Of a stretch of 64,000 nt of DNA, positions 20,143 to 26,893 are shown in pieces. A program made the position numbers and the translations under genes. Under the pieces are notes generated by a model. That model was not told where the DNA came from, did no database searches, and worked only from the letters and a program-made list of their open reading frames with translations. The DNA comes from Planctomycetota bacterium (GTDB lineage Bacteria; Planctomycetota; B15-G4; SIAN01), in assembly GCA_031409275.1 (NCBI GenBank), contig JANNXA010000055.1:64001-128000 (forward strand). Direction: 5' to 3'. Position 1 is the stretch's first letter; every line of letters starts with the position of its first letter.

Positions 20143-20480
20143 CCGGCCTCACGATCACCGGCCGCCTTTCCCGTCGCACCGTCGGCCGCTCGCCAACAAA
20201 ACCGATCGTGCTGCCTGCCGCGCCGCCGCCTCGCCCGATGCCGACCGGTCCGACCCGCCTCGCCCGCATGCTCGCGCTCGCCTACCACGTCGAGCAGTTG
20301 ATCGACGAAGGCGAGCTACGCGACTTCGCGCAGGCGGCCCGCGCGCTGCGCATCACGCGCGCCCGCGTGTCGCAGATCGCCGATCTGCGGTTCCTCCCGA
20401 CGACAGTGCAGGAGGACATCCTGCTCGGGCGCACGACCACGACAGAACACCAACTGCGTTCCCGCAACAACCCCCATTAG
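20139..20480 (+). CDS. Recombinase-associated HTH protein
   Basis: RLARMLALAYHVEQLIDEGELRDFAQAARALRITRARVSQI...LPTTVQEDIL; GGAGG SD. Confidence 0.75.
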   Translation: MTGLTITGRLSRRTVGRSPTKPIVLPAAPPPRPMPTGPTRLARMLALAYHVEQLIDEGELRDFAQAARALRITRARVSQIADLRFLPTTVQEDILLGRTTTTEHQLRSRNNPH

Positions 20481-20492
20481 GAGTCAAACCCA

Positions 20493-20939
20493 ATGACCGC
20501 GAAGAGCAAACTGAAGTCTCCGGCCCGTCCACATATCGATGTGGCTCTCAGTTCCAAGATCGACGACGCAATAAACGCGATCGCACGGGCGATCAAGGAG
20601 AAGGAACAGCGACCGAACAAGCCGAAAATCACTGAGGCCGAGCGCATCGCCAAGCTCGTCGCAATGTTGGCCCTCGGCGAGATCAAGTGGTGGTGCGGAC
20701 CGGACCATGGCTTCTGGCATGAAGGGCGCAATGTCAGGAGCACTCTGGTCGCAGCGTTGCGAGCAGTCGGTGCGATGAACTGGTCGGAGATCCTCCGCAA
20801 CGGCCCCTTCAACGACTTGGACGAAAGCGAAGACATCGGTCTATGTTTGCTGGGCTTTGTGAAGGCCAACCGGAACGCGATCCTCGAAGGCAAGTTGCCG
20901 GAAATCGACAACTTGGACATCGCTCGCGGCATGCACTAA
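20493..20939 (+). CDS. Hypothetical protein
   Basis: AGGAG SD; 148-aa ORF with lower-GC codon use. Confidence 0.6.
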   Translation: MTAKSKLKSPARPHIDVALSSKIDDAINAIARAIKEKEQRPNKPKITEAERIAKLVAMLALGEIKWWCGPDHGFWHEGRNVRSTLVAALRAVGAMNWSEILRNGPFNDLDESEDIGLCLLGFVKANRNAILEGKLPEIDNLDIARGMH

Positions 20940-21075
20940 CGGAGTTGCAGGGGACGATTGACTGCCGGTGAGAGTTGAGCTGGCTGGCAGATCCCACCGC
21001 CCGCCTGTCGCACCTGATCTCGGCCGTGACCAAGCACGACGGCGGGGGCTGGCGACTCCCTCCGCCGTCGCGGCG

Positions 21076-21330
21076 ATGCGTCCATCCGGTCTGTCGCAGC
21101 CTCGCGCGCGTGCTCGCGCTCGCCTACTACCTCGACCAGCAGATCGAGGACGGCTTCGTCCGAGACTTCGCGCAGAGCGCCCGCGCGCGAGGCTGTCGCA
21201 GGTCGTCGCGCTGCGGTGGCTGCCGGTGGCGACCCAGGAGGCGAGCCTGACGGGCATGTCGACCGCGACGGAGCGTCAGTTCCGCGCGGCGGCAGGCGCG
21301 CCTTGCAAGTCGCTCGACTCTGAGCCCTGA
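21076..21330 (+). pseudogene. Frameshifted paralogue of the 20139-20480 HTH gene
   Basis: LARVLALAYYLDQQIEDGFVRDFAQSARA in one frame continues as RLSQVVALRWLPVATQEASLTGMSTATERQFR in another; net 16-nt deletion versus the intact copy. Confidence 0.75.
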
Positions 21331-21338
21331 TCGCGGCC

Positions 21339-21566
21339 ATGACCGACGAACCGCGCCACGAGTCGACGCCGCCGAAGCCGGCAAAGCCCCGCTGCAAGCT
21401 GATCGGCCGGGATTCGAACGTCTTCAACGTGATCGGCCTTGTGCGACGGCGCCTGATCGATGCCGGCCGTCCCGACGCCGCCAGCGAGTTCACCGATCGA
21501 GCGACTCGGGCCAAGAGCTACGACCACGTCCTGCAACTCGTCTTCGAGTACGTCGACCCGTACTGA
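21339..21566 (+). CDS. Small conserved phage/ICE hypothetical protein
   Basis: KLIGRDSNVFNVIGLVRRRL...SYDHVLQLVFEYV resembles the common G-x-D-G-N-A-F small-protein family. Confidence 0.7.
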   Translation: MTDEPRHESTPPKPAKPRCKLIGRDSNVFNVIGLVRRRLIDAGRPDAASEFTDRATRAKSYDHVLQLVFEYVDPY

Positions 21567-21579
21567 CCGGAGCACCGCC

Positions 21580-21825
21580 ATGCCAACGACGACCGAGACC
21601 CTCTACCACTCGCCGGTCACAGGCGAGATCTGCTGCGCCGAACACGCGCCGCACAAGAAGACCGACTGCTGGTGGCGCGATCGCTGGTGCCGAGTGACGC
21701 CGCGCTTCAGGGCGTCGTGGCCGGTCGCAGAGCTGGACGCGCTCCGATGCGAAGTGTGCCGGTCGATCCAGCGGAGGGCGACCGCCGAAGCCAACCGCGA
21801 CACTGACCCCGCCACCGGAGGATGA
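21580..21825 (+). CDS. Small Cys/His-rich hypothetical protein
   Basis: ATG after GGAG; CCAEHAP and CEVC suggest Zn binding. Confidence 0.55.
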   Translation: MPTTTETLYHSPVTGEICCAEHAPHKKTDCWWRDRWCRVTPRFRASWPVAELDALRCEVCRSIQRRATAEANRDTDPATGG

Positions 21826-22148
21826 CCATGCGCATCGGTCCGAACGACAAGGCGCTCTGGGTCGTCGTCGACCCGACGCCTCAGTCGACGCCCGGCGACA
21901 TCGTGTTCCAGGCATCCCTCGCCGACCTCGTGCTGCAGTTCAAGGGCGGGCTCAAGATCGAGCAGAACCCGACGCTGTTCACCGACCGCAAGGAGGCGGA
22001 GATCGAAGCGTTCGGACGCATAACGGCGCTGCGGGCGGCCCGCGCGATCGCGGCGCAGGCGGCAGCCGGACGGCTCCTGCCCGGACCACACCGGCTCGAG
22101 ATCCTCGACGGCGACGGCAAGTTGCTCTTCGGCGCCGACCTCACCTGA
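21822..22148 (+). CDS. Hypothetical protein
   Basis: GGAGG SD, ATGA overlap, GC3-rich codons. Confidence 0.65.
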   Translation: MTMRIGPNDKALWVVVDPTPQSTPGDIVFQASLADLVLQFKGGLKIEQNPTLFTDRKEAEIEAFGRITALRAARAIAAQAAAGRLLPGPHRLEILDGDGKLLFGADLT

Positions 22149-22158
22149 CGGCGGCGAG

Positions 22159-22746
22159 CTACCGGCCGCCGAGCGCCCGACGCAGAATCCCGACGCGGTG
22201 CGAGAGCAGGTAGCGCGAGAAGTCCCGCTGCGTTCGACCGTGGTAGCCGCGCGTCTGAACGACCTCGTCCGCGTCATCGAACCCGAAGCCGAACATCGAG
22301 TCCGGCTTGCCCTTCGCAGTCCGGATCGACCGCAGCAGCCGGCGCATCTCGCGTTGCGTGAAGACCAGGATCTGCGGCGACCACCAGCTCCCGCGCTCCC
22401 GATGCTGGGCGACGTCAACCGAGGGGTAGAGCGCGACGAGGCAGAAGAAGTCCGCCTCCGGTGGGCAGTCGAAGGTCTTGAGCCAGGTGTAGAAACGGAA
22501 CTGCCGTAACGGCGGACTGCGTGGCGCCCTCGTCGATGGCTTCCGTGAGTACGTGCGCGACGACTTGATCTGGATCGTCTTCGCCCAGGAGTGACGGCCG
22601 CGCCGGCGCACGACGACGAGGTCCACGCCCTTCTGCTGCCGCGAAAGCGGCGTGTGGATCGAGAAGCCGAGCTTCGCCGGCAGCTCTTGAGCGAGCTGTT
22701 GGGCGACCACGAACTCGGAGTAGGGCAGCGTGAAGACTGGGTCCAT
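22159..22746 (-). CDS. Putative PD-(D/E)xK-type endonuclease
   Basis: SEFVVAQQL...KGVDLVV...TIQIKSSR (E...D...QxK); GGAGG before ATG 22746. Confidence 0.65.
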   Translation of the reverse strand: MDPVFTLPYSEFVVAQQLAQELPAKLGFSIHTPLSRQQKGVDLVVVRRRGRHSWAKTIQIKSSRTYSRKPSTRAPRSPPLRQFRFYTWLKTFDCPPEADFFCLVALYPSVDVAQHRERGSWWSPQILVFTQREMRRLLRSIRTAKGKPDSMFGFGFDDADEVVQTRGYHGRTQRDFSRYLLSHRVGILRRALGGR

Positions 22747-22980
22747 GCGACGAGCCTCCGTCAAAAGGCGATCGGTCCGCCACCCGCTCCGACTGAACCC
22801 GCGCCGAGCCGCGATAGAATCGAACTGCCGCCCGTCTTTCCGGTGTGTCGGACCGCGAAACCCCTTCACGATCCGACCGGGCAGATCGGGGAGGTGGGCG
22901 GCACTCTCAGCGTGATCAGCGGGCCAACGCGCCAATGAGTTGCGGTGTCGCGTCGCTGCTGCGGACCGCTTCTGCGCTTG

Positions 22981-23304
22981 TCACGACGGCGACTCGGCCG
23001 ACCTCGAGCCGAACGCCGCGAACCGAGCATTCGCCTGCTCGCACCACCGGACATCGCGCGCCGTCACGCCACCTGCATCGTGCGTCGCCACCCGGGCGAT
23101 GAGCCGGCTGTAGACGTTCGTCCAGTCCGGATGGTGGTTCATCGACTCCGACACCGCCGCCATCGAGGCCATGAAGCCGAAGCACGCTGAGAAGTCGGCG
23201 AAGCGGAACCGCCGCACGAGCTTGCCCTTGGTCAACCTCCAGCCGTCCAGTCGTTTCAGAGCCGTCGTGATCTCGGCGGCGGACAGCCTCTTCAGTGACG
23301 GCAT
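22981..23304 (-). CDS. phhB: Pterin-4-alpha-carbinolamine dehydratase
   Basis: FRFADFSACFGFM...NHHPDWTNVYSR...THDAGGVTARD. Confidence 0.88.
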   Translation of the reverse strand: MPSLKRLSAAEITTALKRLDGWRLTKGKLVRRFRFADFSACFGFMASMAAVSESMNHHPDWTNVYSRLIARVATHDAGGVTARDVRWCEQANARFAAFGSRSAESPS

Positions 23305-23408
23305 CGTTAACCTCACTCGCGCCGTCGCATTAGCGTCCGGCGGCGACACATCAGCCCTGTTCGACCTCGATCCGCCCGCGCCGCATGTGCGACACCGAGC
23401 GGCGCGGT

Positions 23409-24086
23409 TCAAGGCGTCGACTTGTAGGTGATTGGAAAGGCCGGTCCGGTTGCGCCGGGCGAGGTCATTAGTCCAAGGTGGGTCGCTGTCAAAGTCGCTG
23501 GAGCGACTGGTGCAGCGGGAAGAGCGAGGCCGGAAAGCAAGGGTGTGCTTTGCGCCGCGTAGGCACTCTCCATCTCCGAAAGTCGCGTCGCCATCGTGGA
23601 TGCGAGCGATGATCCAGCCAATACTGCAGGCTTGATCTGGGTGTCGTAGGCGTGTCGAAGGTCGACTGCGAGCTGAACGGCGTCGACAGAAACTGCACCA
23701 GTTGGTGTCCTGACCAGATGCATGGTCGGGGACGACTTCACGATCTCCAAGTTGCCTTTGACGACGAATGCGTGCGCGAGCCCGTGTCGCGCGACCTTGT
23801 AGAGGACAGTTCCGGCAGCCTGTCGCGCCGCGTCGTTCGGGTAAAGGTGACTGCGCCAGAACTCGTCGAATCGATCTGCGCCCCTCGTCGCATCGAATGA
23901 ACTGCTGCTGACGAGATTTCCAAGCAACTCAACGCCAGAGAAGGCAGTCATGATGAGCGGATAGCCGACTGCGCCGTCGGACTGTCCAGGCGGTGGGGAG
24001 GCAGCCTTCAGCGTTTCCAAGTCGGCAAACAAGTAGCCCTCGACGTTTCTCGTGACGAAGGCGGACAGACGAGCGATCATCGACAT
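23409..24086 (-). CDS. Integron cassette 3 ORF; candidate HEPN-type RNase
   Basis: GAGGAG SD; starts just after the attC R' box; helical protein with LYKVARHGLAH (R-x4-H). Confidence 0.6.
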   Translation of the reverse strand: MSMIARLSAFVTRNVEGYLFADLETLKAASPPPGQSDGAVGYPLIMTAFSGVELLGNLVSSSSFDATRGADRFDEFWRSHLYPNDAARQAAGTVLYKVARHGLAHAFVVKGNLEIVKSSPTMHLVRTPTGAVSVDAVQLAVDLRHAYDTQIKPAVLAGSSLASTMATRLSEMESAYAAQSTPLLSGLALPAAPVAPATLTATHLGLMTSPGATGPAFPITYKSTP

Positions 24087-24108
24087 AGCGATACTCCTCA
24101 ACCGTTCC

Positions 24109-24207
24109 ACCCAACGTCGTCCTTCACTTACAAGGGCGCCGGTCCGACGCCACCCGTCTACCGACCACCGTAACGGTGACATCGTCAGGTGCAATCGCAC
24201 GTTGGGC
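24109..24207 (-). other. Integron attC site (99 bp)
   Basis: Minus strand: GCCCAAC (R'') GTGCG ATTGCACC ... AGTGAAG GACGAC GTTGGGT (R'); imperfect palindrome, 7 bp after the stop of 24215..25213. Confidence 0.85.
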
Positions 24208-24214
24208 AGCGCCA

Positions 24215-25213
24215 TCATGGACGAGTCGTTGGCGAATGAGTTGAGCGGATGACGGCTGGCATCGGTGCGTGCAAACTTGGGTAGCCCACCTCGGCGAGCA
24301 ATCGATGCACTTCTCCCTCCGTTGAAGGAGGTGCGTCAGGACCGACGATGACCTCGGCGAGTGCGATGAGACGACCGTCGACACGTACGCGCAGCGGGGC
24401 AAAGGCCCTTCCATCTTGATGACTGCGACACTGAGCACCCGCCGGAGCGAGCCCAACGATTCGCCACTCTTCCTCTTTCGAGAACTTAGGCTTCTTTGCA
24501 AAAGACTCGGCGTACGCGGCGATCTGCTGCAGTGCCACCCCAGCTATCACCAACGAGTCACCGCTATCAACATGCGGGTACGTGGTAAGGCAACGACGAC
24601 GCAGCGACATCACTTCCATGAACTTTCGCTTCACGCGATTGCGCCACGATCCAGGATCGTAGTCAACTTGCAGGAGTACACGGCCTCCGATGGGCGGCAG
24701 CTCCGCTGGCGCCGGTTCATCACGAATGACCTTGACTCCGAGGCATACGCCCCTGCCCGAGTCTCCGTAGTCGCGCCATTGACTCACCTTGTCGCGAGCT
24801 GAGCAAAAGCAAGCCAAGAATGAGTCGAATGCCTCGGACGCCTTCCATTCAGAGTACTTGTCAAGGAGCATGTCAAGGACCCGCGCGTCGTCTTCTTTCG
24901 GCGTACACTGCCGAAGTTCGGTGGCGACAGCGCGGATGACGTCTCCGGCTGAATCGAGCTCTGCCGGGTCGTCCATGTCCCGATGAATCGTCGCCCAGAA
25001 CTCCTTGCTGGTCAGTATCCCTCGGGCGGATTGAAGCTTCGTGTAATGATAGAGGACGTCAGGCGGCGTCGCGGTGTGGAAGTCCGCGACGATTAGGTCG
25101 AGCTGGTGCTCGAGTTCCGCGATGGTGTTGGGACAGTTGTCCGCCCTTCGCGCGGCCCGCTTTTCCATGCGCCGGCGGCGACGGAGGACCTTTGCGAGTC
25201 GAGCTGTGCCCAT
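24215..25213 (-). CDS. Integron cassette 2 ORF; DUF2971 family protein
   Basis: LYHYT...FWAT...DPAE...ACFC...SQWRDYGDSGRGVCLG...KKPKFSKEEEWR. Confidence 0.8.
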   Translation of the reverse strand: MGTARLAKVLRRRRRMEKRAARRADNCPNTIAELEHQLDLIVADFHTATPPDVLYHYTKLQSARGILTSKEFWATIHRDMDDPAELDSAGDVIRAVATELRQCTPKEDDARVLDMLLDKYSEWKASEAFDSFLACFCSARDKVSQWRDYGDSGRGVCLGVKVIRDEPAPAELPPIGGRVLLQVDYDPGSWRNRVKRKFMEVMSLRRRCLTTYPHVDSGDSLVIAGVALQQIAAYAESFAKKPKFSKEEEWRIVGLAPAGAQCRSHQDGRAFAPLRVRVDGRLIALAEVIVGPDAPPSTEGEVHRLLAEVGYPSLHAPMPAVIRSTHSPTTRP

Positions 25214-25241
25214 CGTCGGCGAGCGGCCCTCTCCAGCGTCT

Positions 25242-25334
25242 GCCCAACGTCGTCCTTAACCTGCGAGGGCGCCGGGCTGACGCCGTTCGACTACCGACCA
25301 CCGTAACGGCGACATCGTCAAGGGCATGTTAGGC
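25242..25334 (-). other. Integron attC site (93 bp)
   Basis: Minus strand: GCCTAAC (contains the TAA stop of the upstream ORF) ... GGTTAAG GACGAC GTTGGGC; shares GACGATGTCRCCGTTACGGTGGTCGGTAG with the other attC. Confidence 0.85.
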
Positions 25335-25892
25335 GGGGAGTGACTGGAGCGCCTTCTCGAGGAGTGCACCAAGGCCCTGACCATCCGCATCAACGTCTTC
25401 AAACATGCGAGTAATGGCTTTGCAGAGTTCGACCTTCGCGCCATGCGAGACAATGCGTGCGCCAGCAAGGGCCATGTTGTGGGCCACCAGAGCGTCCCCA
25501 AGTCGACATGCCGTGGCGACCCGTTCAAAGTAGTGCCCGAGGCGAGTACGTAGTGCAGGATCACGAATCAAGGGTACGACGTCAGTTCGGTTCACTTCCC
25601 ACGTCGTGGTGTCGATGCCGAGATCAAGAATCGCTTCATTGTTTCGTAGCAGATCTACAAGCTGCTTGGAACGACGCGTATTAGATACAACTGCTGCCCT
25701 AATCGATTCAAGTCCAACGCGAAGTCGCGCAAGGGCTTCAACGCCTTCCGCACGCTGTTCATGTGCGAGCATCCAGCGGTTTGTCCACAGCGCGATCGGC
25801 AGACCCAGAATCAAGCCGATGACCGTTGCAACTAGGTTTGGCCAGAAGTCGCGAAGAAAACCACTCCAGTCGAACGCGGCCAAGTCGAACAT
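25329..25892 (-). CDS. Integron cassette 1 ORF; hypothetical protein with an N-terminal transmembrane helix
   Basis: NLVATVIGLILGLPIALW hydrophobic stretch; stop lies inside attC R''; low-GC codons. Confidence 0.75.
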   Translation of the reverse strand: MFDLAAFDWSGFLRDFWPNLVATVIGLILGLPIALWTNRWMLAHEQRAEGVEALARLRVGLESIRAAVVSNTRRSKQLVDLLRNNEAILDLGIDTTTWEVNRTDVVPLIRDPALRTRLGHYFERVATACRLGDALVAHNMALAGARIVSHGAKVELCKAITRMFEDVDADGQGLGALLEKALQSLPA

Positions 25893-25910
25893 GTCGCGAC
25901 CCCCGACTCC

Positions 25911-25929
25911 GCCTAACGTTGATTTGGGC
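25911..25929 (-). other. attI-like simple site
   Basis: Minus strand GCCCAAA-TCAAC-GTTAGGC: degenerate L box, 5-nt spacer, GTTRRRY. GTTAGGC is exactly complementary to the cassette's own R'' GCCTAAC. Confidence 0.6.
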
Positions 25930-26200
25930 AGCTCTCACCTTATCCCGATCGACCGCGTGGCTTCGACGTGGATGCAGGAAGGTGGCAGGCGCCGATCGGC
26001 CAGAGCATTTCGACGGTCATCGGTTGAGACGAGAGGTTGCGGCCCCCGATTCGGCGTTCAGCTGCGACGGCTTGCGACGAGCTGCCTACGACGCGACATC
26101 GGTCAGCGTCGGCGCCTTCTGCCGGCGCGTCCGGCCGGGCTGCCTCACCGGCGACACCGGTGCGAGCGACGTTGGTGCGCTCTTCTGGCGGCTCGGCGAC

Positions 26201-26459
26201 TCAGCGGCTCTGGCGCGCCCGCGTCGGTACCGGCGTCGGATGCTCGCTCATCAGTGCCCACGCCGCCACCAACGCCGCCCTCACGGCCTCCTGCGGGGAA
26301 ACGCCCGTTCGCAGCAACTCCTGGACGACGTGCTGAGCGTGCTGGCGTCGGCCCGCAGAAGCACTTGGACGATCCGTTCGATTCCGGCGGAACAAGGCCG
26401 GTGCGATGCGCACGTTCTGACGGCCGCCAGACGCATCGGCTGCCGGTCAGCGGCTTCAT
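26201..26459 (-). pseudogene. Deleted/frameshifted paralogue of the 29702-30136 gene
   Basis: Starts MKP like the intact gene; HAQHVVQELLRTGV...AVRAALVAAWAL appears in another frame. Confidence 0.6.
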
Positions 26460-26481
26460 TCACACCGCTGCGCCGTTCGCC

Positions 26482-26727
26482 CTACCGTACGCTGCGCTCC
26501 GCACCCGCGAACAGCCGCGTCGGCTTCGTCCCGAGCGCCGCCGCGATCTTGGCGACCATCTTGACCGTCGGGTTCCGGACGCCGCGCTCGATGCCGCTGA
26601 GGTAGGTCCGGTCGATCCCGGACTGGAAGCCGAGCTTCTCCTGCGAGAGGTCGAGCCGCTCGCGGGCACGCCGGACCGCTCGCCCGAAGGCGCGCAGGTA
26701 GGCGGAAGCGGCGGCGTCAAGGTCCAT
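26482..26727 (-). CDS. XRE-family HTH regulator (C-protein-like)
   Basis: FGRAVRRARERLDLSQEKLGFQSGIDRTYLSGIERGVRNPT. Confidence 0.9.
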   Translation of the reverse strand: MDLDAAASAYLRAFGRAVRRARERLDLSQEKLGFQSGIDRTYLSGIERGVRNPTVKMVAKIAAALGTKPTRLFAGAERSVR

Positions 26728-26893
26728 CCCGGGCACGCACCCGGTGCGTCGAGCATGGTCGACCGGACCGGTGACGTCCGGCCTTGCAAGTCGCGATCAG
26801 GTCGCGTGACATGGCCCGCACTGTCGCGGTGCACGGACGGGGCTGCCTACTTCAGCACGCCGAGCGGCAACGGGTCAACTCGGAGAGAGTCGC

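Noticed and set aside
23305..23416. Possible third attC after cassette 3 (CTTGAAC...CGCGCCG...CGGCGCG...GTTAACG on the minus strand)
   Set aside because: The boxes do not fit RYYYAAC/GTTRRRY, do not complement the cassette's GTTGGGT start, and lack the shared attC core. At best a degenerate remnant.
25930..26480. Expected position of intI
   Set aside because: No tyrosine-recombinase motifs seen in the translated frames.
26730..26790. Possible C-box operator upstream of the XRE gene
   Set aside because: Only weak GAC/GTC symmetry in GC-rich DNA, and no adjacent restriction-modification pair.
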